NCBI GenBank assembly: GCA_019636515.1
Contig: JAHBXI010000003.1
Location: 641,478-705,477 of the forward strand
Source: Phycisphaeraceae bacterium
GTDB lineage: Bacteria > Planctomycetota > Phycisphaerae > Phycisphaerales > UBA1924
Direction of reading: 5' to 3'
Length of the DNA stretch: 64,000 nucleotides
In this document: one piece after another, positions 49,501 through 58,944 of the stretch
Numbering within the stretch: position 1 is the first letter of the stretch
Layout: each line of letters begins with the position of its first letter
Made by a program: the position numbers and the translations under genes
Notes under the pieces: model-generated
Database searches by the model: none
What the model was told of the DNA's origin: nothing
What the model saw: the letters and a program-made list of their open reading frames with translations, nothing else

Positions 49501-49690
49501 AGGCCAGGGGCACGAAGGGCGCGGCCAAGGCGATCGCGGGCGGCGTGAGTCGGGCGGGGATCACCAGCACAGGATACAGGGGTTTGGTTGGACCACCAAG
49601 GCGATCGCGTCGGCGTTGGCGGGACGGATCAGGGAAGTCGCATGGTGAGGATGGAGTGCCGTATTCCCCAGCGGGAGATTTTGGCGCCAT
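46568..49690 (-). CDS. PSCyt1/PSCyt2/PSD1 (DUF1549/DUF1553) cytochrome-c-like protein with N-terminal multi-TM region
   Basis: CYQCH heme motif and DUF1549/DUF1553-type C-terminal domains. The start is uncertain: it overlaps the upstream gene's end by about 60 nt. Confidence 0.8.
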   Translation of the reverse strand: MAPKSPAGEYGTPSSPCDFPDPSRQRRRDRLGGPTKPLYPVLVIPARLTPPAIALAAPFVPLALFTTHALAAEPLTDRLWRASGAFHPMVVHFPIALLVVAVIFEFARRRGGEHRPGPTAFACLCLGAAGALLAALLGWSSAQSANYGGSAAWTLGVHRWAGIAAAVLAAVAVLAATIARGLNGPRLFNVYRVSLLACVLAVTVAGHHGGTLVHGEGVVRDALAIARGHSPPRASTRTLNAQQRPGDETPGDTYATRIEPIFVTRCYQCHTGASPEAGFRLATREQALTPGVSGKPTIVPGDASASLLYQLVSATDHDRRMPPKGSPLSREQVSDIAAWINAGAPWHGQRPAGEHWHWAYRAPVRPNPPPVLDTTWPRGPIDHFILARIESAGLSPSPQADRHALIRRLSLDLIGLPPSPPEVTAFLSDTRPGAYERLVDRLLASPHFGERWARVWLDLARYADSHGYEKDGPRVMWPYRDWVIDALNDDLPFDRFTIEQLAGDLLPDPTGPQLVATGFNRNTQTNEEGGTDVEEFRIDAVIDRVNTVGAVWLGSTVGCAQCHDHKNDPLTQRDYFRLLAIFNQDELDVHVVSSTEKYAAGAMIEYPRAARFDELADLNAGLARADADLARHAADLQPAAIGLATGRHAALPGFTPDHATALSLAHSHREQLSRQRSSLIAARALVMRRSPEPRQTRLFDGGSFLSPTEPVEPGLPAFLPPATDREPMDRLAFARWLVEPDNPLTARVTVNRIWETIFGRGIVETSEDFGPQGDPPTHPELLDHLAAELVRDGWSLKHAIRSIVTSATYRQSSRVTPDHLEKDPLNILLARSPRYRVEAEMVRDIGLTASGLLHRAIGGPSVFPPQPEGTWTQIYSGEQWVESQGPDRYRRGLYTFIRRTSPHPSMVAFDAPSREITCTRRPRTSTPLQALTTLNDPAFVEMAAALARRAIDEGGNDPRSRAAYAMKLCLAREPTPREIERLLALYQDQLNAYESDRSAAGQVASYGPAGAGGLHDHAQIAAWTIVANVLLNLDETLTRP

Positions 49691-52265
49691 CGTCGAAATC
49701 TCGAAGGGGGTGCGTGTCGATTCCCAGTCCGTTGTGGGCGGTCTGGAGCATGTTGTTGGTTCCTCCCGCGTCCCAGCGGTAGGAGTAGATCGCGCCCTGG
49801 GCCCCGACGGCGAAGGCGATCGGGACGCGAGAGCGTGTCCAGATGTCGTACATCATGCAGGTGAGCCAGCCTTCGTCGAGGGCGGTGTTGCCGACGCGGG
49901 TGGTCCTGTAGGCGATCATCTGCCCGGACGGGTCGGGTCCTCCCTGGTGAAAGATGGTGAGTTGGCCGGCGGGAGAGAACGTCACCACGGGTCTGGCGCA
50001 GCACCCGTTGCCCGAGGTTTCCCCTCGTGTCCAGGCGGTTTCCTGCTCCCAGAGGCGGTCGCCGCGGACGAGAATCCGCGTGACTCTCATGCTGAAGACG
50101 CCTCCGGCGGAGTTGTTCATGGAGGTAACGAGCACGAGGCGCCCGTCGGAGGGGTCCACGGCGATCCCGGGCGTGACCAGGGAGCGGGTCTCGAGGGCGG
50201 CGGGGGGCGATACGACGGGGCGGTTTGGGTCGTTGTCGGCGAAGGTCAGCCATCGGTACGAGAGGGTGTCGTTGTCTTGGCGCGAGACGATGAGCACGCG
50301 ATCACCGACCCGGCAGGCGTTGAGGTCGCTGGTGGGCAGGTCGGGGATCCGGACGGGCGAGATGACGGAGGAGGCGTCAAAGCGCGTGACGTGCCAGCCG
50401 TAGAGGTGGTGGTGGAAGACCAGCCCGTGGTCGGCTCCACCGAGGACAACGTGGTCGCGCGCGGTGCCGGAATTGGGGATGACGCGCGGGTCGGACCAGC
50501 GGTCCTCCCCGAGGTAGGACTTGATCCACAAGTGGTCTCGGGTCTGGTCGGCGGCGACGAGGAAGCAGGTATCGGCCAGGTAAGCCAGCGCGGGTCCCGA
50601 CGCGGATGGCTCGTGGTTGTGTCGTGTCCCGGCGTGGGTTGACCCACCGTAGTTGACGTCGGCGACGACGGGCCCTTCGTCGAACGTGCCGCTGTGGTCC
50701 CAGTCGATGAGGGTGGTGCCGTCTTTGGCGTCCTCGATGGTGAATCGGAAGGGGTGGTTCGCGAGGTACTTGACGCGTTCGTAGGGGTAGGGGAGGCGTT
50801 CGATCAGGTTCGATTCGTCGAGGATGGTCGAGCGGAACTCGCCGGCGGAGAAGTGGATCCGGTTGGGGTCTCCATCGAACGAGTAACTGAAGGCGTAGTT
50901 CATCAGCGAGGTGTACAGGGGGCACCAGGGCGGGATCGAGTCGCCCTCGTGGGAGAGGGAGAGTTGGTGGCCGAACTCGTGGGCGATGACGGCCCAGTTG
51001 TTTCCCGCGCCGCCCATGTCGGCGGTCTGCCCGGACTGCCCGCCTCCCCAGGGTGTAATCTGCAGCCAGTGGAGGATGCCGCGCTCGGAGGCGGGGAAGT
51101 GCTTGTTGCCCACATCCCACCAGGGCATGGACTGGTCCTGCTTGGAGACGCGAGTCGGCTCGACGCGGAAGTGGACCCACAAGCCCGTCGAGCCGTCGGG
51201 GTTCTTGTTGGAAAGGCCGCGGTAGAGGGCCTGGACGCGGGCGAGTTCACCGTCCATCGCGGCGGCGTCGACTCCCTCGAAATAGGACAGGACGCAGATC
51301 ACGTCCTGTCGCAGGGGGCTGAGCGCCGCATCGGCACGCGGGTTGGCGTGGTCGAACAGGCCGATGCGTTCGCCCAGGGGGATCTCGCGGGGAAGCCCGT
51401 GGACTTCCCAGCCGTCGAGCAGCCCGTCCATGTCGGTGTCGCGGTCGAGGGGGTTGGTTCCCAGGCGTCGTTCGTGCTCGTCGGAAAGCCCGTCGGAGTC
51501 CGAGTCTCCCGAGGCGGGGTTTGGGGTGATGACCAGACGGACGACGTGGTGGGCGTGAGGGAGCGCGGTGGAAAAGACGGCGGCGACGTCGGGCAGGCCG
51601 TCGCCGTTGAAGTCGCCGGTGAACCGCGCGATGCTCGTCGCGTCGGGGTCGTACGGCGGCGGATCAACGAACATGCCGGGCATGGAGGGCGGCTCGGACG
51701 AGGCGGAGTGGTCCATCGCCGCCTGGCGGAAGTTCTCGGCGTCGGGCTGCCAGGTTGAGCCGAGCGAATCGGTGATATGCAGTGCGCCCATGGACCATGC
51801 GGCGGTGGCGAAGGTTACCCCCTCCGGGGCGGGAAGGCGGCGTTCATCGTGATACGCGTTGTTCTCGTAGCGGGAAAGAACGACCAGCGAGCGGGGGGTC
51901 AGGATAAACGTCTCGGGTCCGGCGGGGCGTGACGACTCACCCACGATCAGGGCGATGGCGTCGGAGGGCATGCCCCCGCGTACGGCGGCCCAGCCGGAGG
52001 CTTTCCACCCTCGGACGCCGGGCGCCGCGCACAGGTCGCGGTTGCCGTTGATCGTCAGGACGTCGGCGAACGAGTCGCCGTCGAGGTCTCCCGCGGCGTA
52101 GAGCGAGCAGTCGGTTCCCGTGGCGCACCAGTCCGAGGCGATGGGCCGGTCGGGGTAATCCGGCCGATCCAGGGACCAGAGGCATCCGGCCGCTGCGACG
52201 CAGAGAAGCACGCCTGTCGGAATCACGCCTGGCCTCCTGAAAACCCCGATGGCGGCAGCGTACAC
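49629..52265 (-). CDS. large secreted zinc metalloprotease (HEFGHQLSLSHE) with FG-GAP/TSP3-like Ca-binding repeats
   Basis: HExxHxxxxxH zincin motif and DSDSDGLSDEHERRLGTNPLDRDTDMDGLLDGWE repeats. Confidence 0.7.
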   Translation of the reverse strand: MYAAAIGVFRRPGVIPTGVLLCVAAAGCLWSLDRPDYPDRPIASDWCATGTDCSLYAAGDLDGDSFADVLTINGNRDLCAAPGVRGWKASGWAAVRGGMPSDAIALIVGESSRPAGPETFILTPRSLVVLSRYENNAYHDERRLPAPEGVTFATAAWSMGALHITDSLGSTWQPDAENFRQAAMDHSASSEPPSMPGMFVDPPPYDPDATSIARFTGDFNGDGLPDVAAVFSTALPHAHHVVRLVITPNPASGDSDSDGLSDEHERRLGTNPLDRDTDMDGLLDGWEVHGLPREIPLGERIGLFDHANPRADAALSPLRQDVICVLSYFEGVDAAAMDGELARVQALYRGLSNKNPDGSTGLWVHFRVEPTRVSKQDQSMPWWDVGNKHFPASERGILHWLQITPWGGGQSGQTADMGGAGNNWAVIAHEFGHQLSLSHEGDSIPPWCPLYTSLMNYAFSYSFDGDPNRIHFSAGEFRSTILDESNLIERLPYPYERVKYLANHPFRFTIEDAKDGTTLIDWDHSGTFDEGPVVADVNYGGSTHAGTRHNHEPSASGPALAYLADTCFLVAADQTRDHLWIKSYLGEDRWSDPRVIPNSGTARDHVVLGGADHGLVFHHHLYGWHVTRFDASSVISPVRIPDLPTSDLNACRVGDRVLIVSRQDNDTLSYRWLTFADNDPNRPVVSPPAALETRSLVTPGIAVDPSDGRLVLVTSMNNSAGGVFSMRVTRILVRGDRLWEQETAWTRGETSGNGCCARPVVTFSPAGQLTIFHQGGPDPSGQMIAYRTTRVGNTALDEGWLTCMMYDIWTRSRVPIAFAVGAQGAIYSYRWDAGGTNNMLQTAHNGLGIDTHPLRDFDDGAKISRWGIRHSILTMRLP

Positions 52266-52287
52266 GATCGTGGGGAGCGGGGAGGTG

Positions 52288-53043
52288 CTACATCGGGGGT
52301 TTTACGGGCGGGGGAGGTGCGTTTGCCGGGGCGGTGATGGCGTCGATCGACGGGGGGCATATCGAGGCCAGTGTCCTGAAGAAGAAGAATCCTCCGATCA
52401 TGAGGGCGATGGAGGCGGCGTTGTAACCAAACGACGGGGCCTCTCCCGGGAGGGTCTGGTCGGCCATGCGGTAGGCGACGACATCCCAGGCGATGTGGAG
52501 CGCGATGGCGACGGCCAGGCACAGCGCGGCGATGAGCAGATAGCGCCATGAGACGTGCAGGACAAGGCCGACGCCAAAGCCGCCGATGCCTCCCATGACC
52601 AGGTGGCCGAGCAGGCGTATGGGCTCCTCGCGCGGGAGGGTGGTGAGGTGCTCGGGCATTCCCTGGATGTGCGCGGACTCAAGGATGGCGGCGCCCAGGC
52701 CGGCCATGGACCCGTAGATAAGCCCGTCGATCGGCTCGTCGAAATGCTCTCGGAGGATGAAGGCCAGGGCGCAGACGGTGAGGAACTTGGCGGATTCCTC
52801 GGCCACGCCGGCAAGCAGGGCCCACTTGAGCACCGAGTCGTGCTCGAATTCCATGCCGGTGGCTTGAACGAAGGCGTTCTGGGCGGCCATGCACATGCCC
52901 ATGGCCAGGGCTCCGCCGACGATGGCCGTGACGATGGCGTGGACCGGCTCCCGGCGGTGCAGGTCGTAGCGCATGACCAGCGCGACCGCGAGGATCGAGC
53001 ATCCGGCCAGCCCGGTGTAGAGCAGCACCGTCGCCACGAGCAT
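52288..53043 (-). CDS. PrsW-family intramembrane metalloprotease
   Basis: EESAKF, FGHLVMGG and HIAWD motifs in a polytopic membrane protein. Confidence 0.75.
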   Translation of the reverse strand: MLVATVLLYTGLAGCSILAVALVMRYDLHRREPVHAIVTAIVGGALAMGMCMAAQNAFVQATGMEFEHDSVLKWALLAGVAEESAKFLTVCALAFILREHFDEPIDGLIYGSMAGLGAAILESAHIQGMPEHLTTLPREEPIRLLGHLVMGGIGGFGVGLVLHVSWRYLLIAALCLAVAIALHIAWDVVAYRMADQTLPGEAPSFGYNAASIALMIGGFFFFRTLASICPPSIDAITAPANAPPPPVKPPM

Positions 53044-53126
53044 GGCGGGAGTTTACAGGATCCGCGGGAGCGGGTTGATGAGTTCCCGCGGCGTGCCGGC
53101 GCGGGGGTTGCATTGCGGCGGAGGTC

Positions 53127-54185
53127 TTAACTGGCCCTGGCGCGGGGGTGGGCGCGGTTGTACGCGTCCTGGAGTCGCTGGGTGGTCAGGTGGGTGTAGA
53201 CCTGGGTGGTGCTCAGGGACTGATGCCCCAGGAGTTCCTGGACGCTCCGCAGGTCCGCGCCGTTGTCGAGCAGGTGTGTGGCGAAACTGTGTCGGAGGGT
53301 GTGGGGGCTGATGGTGGGGTCCAGGCCGACCTGCTTGAGGTACTTGTCGAGTTTGCGTCGGACGGAGCGTGAACTGAGGCGTCCGCCGTGCTTGTTGAGG
53401 AACAGGGGCTTGACGCGAGAGCCTTCGGACCAGTACGCGCTGTATCGGGCGTCGGCCAGGACCATGTCCATGTAGCGGCGGATGGCCTCGATGGCGTGGC
53501 TGCCCAGGGGGACGACGCGTTCCTTGCGCCCCTTGCCGCGAACCCGGAGGCACTCGTTGGCGACGTCGAGTTCGTCGTAGTTGAGGCCGATCAGTTCGCT
53601 GACGCGGATTCCGGTGGAGTACATGGTTTCGAGCATGGCGCGGTCTCGCCGGCCGAGCACGTCGGAATCGGCGGGCGCGACGAGCAGTTGCTCAACCTGC
53701 TCGATGCTGATGGCCTTGGGAAGTCGCTTTCCCTGGCGTGGCGTGCGGATAAGGGTCATGGGGTTGGCGTCGGCGATGCCCCGGCGGTCGGCCCACTTGA
53801 AGAAGGATCGCAGGGTGGCGATCTTGCGGGCCAGGGTCGCGGCGGAGTAGTGCTGCTCATTCAGGTGGGCGAGGAATCCGCGGACGACGTCGGCGCCGGC
53901 GGTGCAGATGACCTCCGTGAGGGTGGAGGGCGCGGCGGTGTTGGCCGGTCGGCTGGTGGCCTCGGCGGCGGCTCCGGACGTTCCCGGGGAATGGGCGGGC
54001 TGCTCGAGCCGGCGGCGGAACCACTGGTCCTCCCGGGCCTGGTCGAGGGCGATGTTGAGCCCCTGCGAGAGGTATTCAACGAACTGCCGCAGGTCGGCGC
54101 CGTAGCAGCGGGCGGTGTACGGGCTGAAGTGCCGCTCATCGGCGAGGTACGACTGGAAGGCGGCGGTGATGGGAAGGATCGACAT
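53127..54185 (-). CDS. xerC: tyrosine recombinase XerC/XerD family
   Basis: Catalytic motifs RHSFATHLL and LGHQSLSTTQVYTH. There is an insertion of about 55 aa in the N-terminal domain. The XerC-versus-XerD assignment is not resolved. Confidence 0.8.
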   Translation of the reverse strand: MSILPITAAFQSYLADERHFSPYTARCYGADLRQFVEYLSQGLNIALDQAREDQWFRRRLEQPAHSPGTSGAAAEATSRPANTAAPSTLTEVICTAGADVVRGFLAHLNEQHYSAATLARKIATLRSFFKWADRRGIADANPMTLIRTPRQGKRLPKAISIEQVEQLLVAPADSDVLGRRDRAMLETMYSTGIRVSELIGLNYDELDVANECLRVRGKGRKERVVPLGSHAIEAIRRYMDMVLADARYSAYWSEGSRVKPLFLNKHGGRLSSRSVRRKLDKYLKQVGLDPTISPHTLRHSFATHLLDNGADLRSVQELLGHQSLSTTQVYTHLTTQRLQDAYNRAHPRARAS

Positions 54186-54194
54186 CGTGTACTC

Positions 54195-54566
54195 CTACGC
54201 GGCCTGTCGCCTTGGCGCGGTGCTGGTTGCCAGCGCGGCGGCGATGTGATCGGACATGGAACGAAACTTGGATTGGGCGGTATCGAGGATCTGGGCGGCG
54301 AGCATCGCGGCCTCGAACTCGTCGAGGGCGAAGCGTCCGCCATTGCGGGCGTGGTCCATGACGGCCAGCGCGGCGGCGAACTCCCGTCCTTCTTCGAATT
54401 CGATGCGCCAGGTCAGTTCACCGCGCCTCATCCACGCCACGCGGACGCGGCCGCCCGGGGTATCCGTGGCGCGTGTGGCGACGGCGGCGTTGGTGACACC
54501 GGTGCCCTGGTCGCGGCCGCACGTCGGATGAGCGCTGATGGTGATGGGTCTGGGTCGTCGGGGCAT
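54195..54566 (-). CDS. hypothetical protein upstream of xer
   Basis: ORF only; the start may be at an internal Met. Confidence 0.3.
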   Translation of the reverse strand: MPRRPRPITISAHPTCGRDQGTGVTNAAVATRATDTPGGRVRVAWMRRGELTWRIEFEEGREFAAALAVMDHARNGGRFALDEFEAAMLAAQILDTAQSKFRSMSDHIAAALATSTAPRRQAA

Positions 54567-54618
54567 GGTCCGTCTCGGTCGTCTCCACGGGCCGCGCCCC
54601 GGTCGATCCGGTTCGCGG

Positions 54619-55425
54619 TTACTGGCGTTGCGCGCTTCCCGCCGGTGTTCCGATCCGCCGGCGCTCGTGGTCGAGCAGGGCGGACAGGACGCGGTGGGCC
54701 GCGAATTCCTGGTACAAGTCCATGCTCGCCACGTATCGACGCCATCCCAGGGACGAGGTCGGATCGCTCCGCCCGTTCGCGTAGGCCTGAACGTCCAGCA
54801 GCACCTGGTGGTTCTTGCCGTCGTAGTGCTCGGCGGCGACCGAAAGAGGTCGAGAGGAGAAGTTCCCCTCGGCCTGGGAAGCCGGTTCGTCGGTGCGTCC
54901 GGTCAGTGCCCGTGCGTCGAGCGTGCGATCCGGCGAGGCGTTCATGGCTCCCGGGCGCCCGTGCAGCGCGATGGTCAGTCCGATCGTGGGGACGTAGGGG
55001 TCGTAGGCGGTGATCGAGCCGACCAGGACGCCGTCGGCGCCCAGCGCCCTGGCGAGCGCCTGGGCTTCGGCGGGCGTGCGGATGGCCGGCAATTCCAGGG
55101 CCCTCATGGTCGCCAGGGTCCGGTTGAGGGGCAGGCAGCGAAGCCCGCGGGCCTCGGCCACCGCGGATACCACCTTGTCGGAGAGAATGAGCGGGTCGGC
55201 GAGGGAGGTCCCGGACTCGTTTCGGAGCGGGACCACCGCCCAGAGCACGTCTCCGGCCGCGGGGTCGTACGGAGATTCATTGACCATGGGCGGGGTGAGC
55301 CGCGGGGCGCTTGATCCGCGGCATCCGGCGAGCGCGAGCACGGCGGACAGGAGTCCCAGCGTGACGGCGAGCGCTCGCGACGCGGATCGGGCGCGTCGTG
55401 TGAGCATGGACTGTGTACTTGTCAT
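54619..55425 (-). CDS. lipoprotein, hypothetical (LpoB/CsgG-like?)
   Basis: Lipobox LALAGC. Confidence 0.45.
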   Translation of the reverse strand: MTSTQSMLTRRARSASRALAVTLGLLSAVLALAGCRGSSAPRLTPPMVNESPYDPAAGDVLWAVVPLRNESGTSLADPLILSDKVVSAVAEARGLRCLPLNRTLATMRALELPAIRTPAEAQALARALGADGVLVGSITAYDPYVPTIGLTIALHGRPGAMNASPDRTLDARALTGRTDEPASQAEGNFSSRPLSVAAEHYDGKNHQVLLDVQAYANGRSDPTSSLGWRRYVASMDLYQEFAAHRVLSALLDHERRRIGTPAGSAQRQ

Positions 55426-55556
55426 GGCATCCTGCCTCGTCTCGCCGCGGTCCCGCGACGGGTGTTGCGTGTGATCTGTCGCGGGCGTGTGCCCGTGGGT
55501 TCAATCCCAATCCCGCCGTGGCCCTTTCGGACATCGGCGAACGGTGAGGGCGGCTC

Positions 55557-56735
55557 TCAGGGGGCGCGGTCGGCGTCGGCGGCGTCGGCGGTCTTGGCCG
55601 CGGACGATCCGTTGGCCGGTTGGATCGAGGCAAGGCTCGGGGCCAGGTCGATCGACCAGATGTTCTCGGTGGCGTTTCGGTCGCTGACGAAGTAGAGGCG
55701 GTTGGCGGGTCCCCAGACGGGACGGATGGCCCGCAGGTCGCTCGAAGTGAGCCGGACGGTCGCTTCGGCGGTGACGCTTGCGAGCCAGAGTTCGGCCGAG
55801 GGAAGCGAGGTTCCGGCGGGGCGTCGCTCGTCGATCAGCGGAACGGAGGCGTAGACGATGTGGGATCCGTCGGGGCTCCACGCGGGGTTGATGAGGGCGG
55901 CCGCGGAACTGCTCGCGATCAGGGTCGGGTTGGAGGCCTGCCCGTCCCGGTAGTCGATGGTCCAGATGGCGAAGGATCGCTGCCCGCGTTCGCGCCCGAG
56001 TTGAAAGACGATCCGGTCGGCGCCGTCCGAGCCGGTCCTGGGCGCGGGGCACCAGCGTGGGAACAGGCCGTGCCCGATGAAGGTCTCGCCTCCGGCCCTG
56101 GTGGCGTCGGCGACCCACATCTCCCAGCGTCCGCTGGTCGGCCCCATCCGGCAGAAGACCAGGCTGTTGCCGTCGGAAGACCAGGAGGGGTGCAGTTCGT
56201 CGGAGAGATCGGAGGTGATCTGGACGGGCTTGCCGCCGGTGATGGGCATCACGAAGATATCCCAGTTTCCGTTGCGGTTGCTCGCAAACGCGACGCGTGT
56301 GCCGTCGGGGCTGATCTCGGGCGTGCCGTCCTCGGCGGGGTCGTTGGTCAACTGGGTGATCGTCCGTCCGCCGACGGCCTTGGTATAGAGGTCCGCGGTC
56401 GATCGGTGCTGCGTCGAGGCAAAGACGATCCGAGACCCGTCGCGTGAGATCGCCGGGTCAAAGTCCGCGCCTTCCTGCGCGAAGGTCACCTGCGTGAGGT
56501 TCAGTGTTGCCGACGGGCTTCCCGGGGCGTTCTCGGCCCGGGAGGGCGGGTTGATCCAGGCGTCGGTACCGGGGGATGCCGATGCGGGCGTGAATTCAAG
56601 GATGCGGTCGTGGCCGCCCGGGGACTGGTTCTGTGACGCGACCGATGCCGGCTTGTCGGCGGCGGAGTCAACGGGTGAGTTCGTCGCGCATCCGCCCGCG
56701 GTGAATACGACGGCCCACGCCCAGGCGCAGAGCAT
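55557..56735 (-). CDS. TolB-like beta-propeller (PD40 repeat) lipoprotein
   Basis: Repeated PD40-like ISPDG, FASNR and WSPDGS motifs. Start trimmed to MLCAWAWAVVFTAGGC. Confidence 0.7.
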   Translation of the reverse strand: MLCAWAWAVVFTAGGCATNSPVDSAADKPASVASQNQSPGGHDRILEFTPASASPGTDAWINPPSRAENAPGSPSATLNLTQVTFAQEGADFDPAISRDGSRIVFASTQHRSTADLYTKAVGGRTITQLTNDPAEDGTPEISPDGTRVAFASNRNGNWDIFVMPITGGKPVQITSDLSDELHPSWSSDGNSLVFCRMGPTSGRWEMWVADATRAGGETFIGHGLFPRWCPAPRTGSDGADRIVFQLGRERGQRSFAIWTIDYRDGQASNPTLIASSSAAALINPAWSPDGSHIVYASVPLIDERRPAGTSLPSAELWLASVTAEATVRLTSSDLRAIRPVWGPANRLYFVSDRNATENIWSIDLAPSLASIQPANGSSAAKTADAADADRAP

Positions 56736-57006
56736 GCTCAGGCGGGTTTCCCGCCGAGAGAAGATCGCCTGGCGGTGTTGAGCAATGGGAGCGGTCTTGC
56801 TGGTCACGGTTCGATCCTTATCGGACCATCCACGGGGTGACCTTGAACCCGGTCGGACGACCGGTCAAGGCCCGTTCCGACGTTCCAGATCGGATATCCG
56901 GGGGCGTGAAATGAGTCCGCTAAGCAAGAGCCGGAGAAGTTCTTTCCGGGGTTGTTCCGTCGGGTGAAGGGGCGGGGTGCCGCGACGTTACGGGCCAATC
57001 CAGGGC

Positions 57007-57047
57007 AAAAAAAGACCGGCGGGGGTTCCACCACAGACCCCCGCCGG
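57007..57047 (-). terminator. rho-independent terminator on the minus strand
   Basis: CCGGCGGGGG/CCCCCGCCGG 10-bp stem followed by T7 when read on the minus strand. It lies directly downstream of the small ORF that ends at 57073. Confidence 0.6.
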
Positions 57048-57072
57048 CATCGTGCAAGGAGATTTGATACGG

Positions 57073-57342
57073 CTAGATCGACTCTCGTGCAAGTATCGCC
57101 GGAGAGTCCGCCGGGCGAACCCACGGGGAGGCACGACCGCGCGGCGTTTGTGCGTTGAGAAGGTGGCGCAGATAGTGCCACAACTGATCGCGGTTGAACG
57201 GCTCGGAGAGAATCCAGGATGCGGTCGGGTTGATGGCGACGATGTGGTCAAGGATCTGCGACCTGGACAATTCTCCCTGGGTGCCCGGGTCGGCCTCGTC
57301 AAAGAGCCCTGGAGAGCCTGGGGTTGATGTGGGGTCGCTCAT
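57073..57342 (-). CDS. small hypothetical protein
   Basis: ORF followed by a strong minus-strand terminator. Confidence 0.35.
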   Translation of the reverse strand: MSDPTSTPGSPGLFDEADPGTQGELSRSQILDHIVAINPTASWILSEPFNRDQLWHYLRHLLNAQTPRGRASPWVRPADSPAILARESI

Positions 57343-57419
57343 GTGGCACGCCATCGGTCAGGTGCGAGGTATCGGACGCCGATGCGAAGGGGCGTTCAAA
57401 AATAACAAGGGCGGTGTTG

Positions 57420-58223
57420 ATGTCTCGGGACCTCGGCGGGCGTGCCAACTACGCTGGATCCATGCGGTTGTGGAACCTGATCGTGCCGACCACCACGTAT
57501 GGATGCGGAGTTGATTCGTGCGCGCCTTTTGCGCGCTGTCGCGGGTCGGGTGAATGCTGGGGTCGGTGGACCGGCCTGAGTGTCCTGGATCCGGCGTGGG
57601 AGCGACTGCTCGGCGGAGAACTGCTCGGCGCAGACCCGTGCCGTGGGGAGACGTATGTCGCGACGTCGGACGTTGGCGAAGGTACTTCGTCGGCCGGGGA
57701 GGAGATCGAGGCCCGGCGGCCGTGGCGGCGCTGGGGTGAGGAGGTTCGCCGCGGCTTTGACGAGGCGTTGAGCGGGCTTGTGTCGCGGGCAAGCCAAAGG
57801 GGCGCGGCGATCGCCGTGACAACGGCCGCGGATGGGGTTGTCTGCGACGTTCCCTCGATGGTTCGGTTCTGCTCTCGGCACGCTCGCCACGGGGAACCCG
57901 GCGCGGCGGGGTTGATTGTCGAGCCGGCGGGAATGATTGATGGGGCGATGCTGGGCGATGCCGCCGAGCACCTGGCGAGGATCTATGGAGCCGCGCTGGG
58001 AATGGCCGGTGCGCGGGCGGTGGTGGTGTCGAACCTCCGGCGGACTTGGCGTGCCGGAGTGGCGGACGTGGTCGAGGTGTGCGACGTGGGGGAGGGTGAA
58101 CTGGAGCCCGGGGTGATCGTGGATGCCTTGAAGGCGGCGTTGGGAGCGGGTCCGGGCGTGGCGTGCGAGAATCTCGTGGTGCGAGGGGATGTGGGCCTGG
58201 TCGAGTCTCTCCTCTGGGAGTAG
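57420..58223 (+). CDS. hypothetical protein
   Basis: Long ORF filling the gap upstream of nuoC; no recognisable motif. It could be spurious in this GC-rich DNA. Confidence 0.25.
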   Translation: MSRDLGGRANYAGSMRLWNLIVPTTTYGCGVDSCAPFARCRGSGECWGRWTGLSVLDPAWERLLGGELLGADPCRGETYVATSDVGEGTSSAGEEIEARRPWRRWGEEVRRGFDEALSGLVSRASQRGAAIAVTTAADGVVCDVPSMVRFCSRHARHGEPGAAGLIVEPAGMIDGAMLGDAAEHLARIYGAALGMAGARAVVVSNLRRTWRAGVADVVEVCDVGEGELEPGVIVDALKAALGAGPGVACENLVVRGDVGLVESLLWE

Positions 58224-58275
58224 GCCGGTGGATCGCGCTACAGTCGGCGGATCACGGATTCACGCGGAGCGGACC

Positions 58276-58857
58276 ATGCCCGAGACATTGCCATCGCACG
58301 AGCAAGAAGGCCCGAGTCTGGACCATCCGACCTTCGCCCTGGTGAAGTCGGCGTTTCCGACGCGTCGTCTTCGCGGGACGGAGTTCCGGGGTCAGTCCAC
58401 GCTGATTGTCGAGCCCGAGGACCTTCACGAGGTGCTGGCGTTTCTGAAGAACGATCCGAGGGCTTCGTACGTGTTCCTGTCGGACGTGGTCGGGGTCGAC
58501 TACCTGGGGTATCCGGTGCGTCCGATCGGCCGTTTCGCGGTGGTGTACAACCTTGTCAGTTTTGACCGCGACGATCGCTTCTTTGTGAAGGTGTTCCTGG
58601 ATCCGACGGGGCCGACGGACGGGATTGTCGAGGATCCCGGGCTGTGGCTCGACAGCGTGACGGACCTGTGGGCGGGGGCGGAGTGGCCCGAGCGAGAGGT
58701 GTTCGACATGTTCGGGATCCGGTTCCGAAACCACCCGGATCTTCGCCGGATCCTGTTGTGGGAAGACTACCCGGGCCACCCCCTGCGGAAGGACTATCCG
58801 CTTCGGGGACGTGGGGAGCGCGAGGCGTACAAGGTCATCAGCCGTACATCGTCCTAA
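58276..58857 (+). CDS. nuoC: NADH-quinone oxidoreductase subunit C-like protein
   Basis: EREVFDMFGIRFRNHPDLRRILL. Stand-alone: no nuoA/B/D adjacent. Confidence 0.8.
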   Translation: MPETLPSHEQEGPSLDHPTFALVKSAFPTRRLRGTEFRGQSTLIVEPEDLHEVLAFLKNDPRASYVFLSDVVGVDYLGYPVRPIGRFAVVYNLVSFDRDDRFFVKVFLDPTGPTDGIVEDPGLWLDSVTDLWAGAEWPEREVFDMFGIRFRNHPDLRRILLWEDYPGHPLRKDYPLRGRGEREAYKVISRTSS

Positions 58858-58944
58858 CTCGTGGATTTGGGACGTTGCGGGCGGTGTTCATGGGTTTGGC
58901 GCGGTTGAAATTGCGAAAAAAAATGCGCGAAGTCTGTTTGCGCA

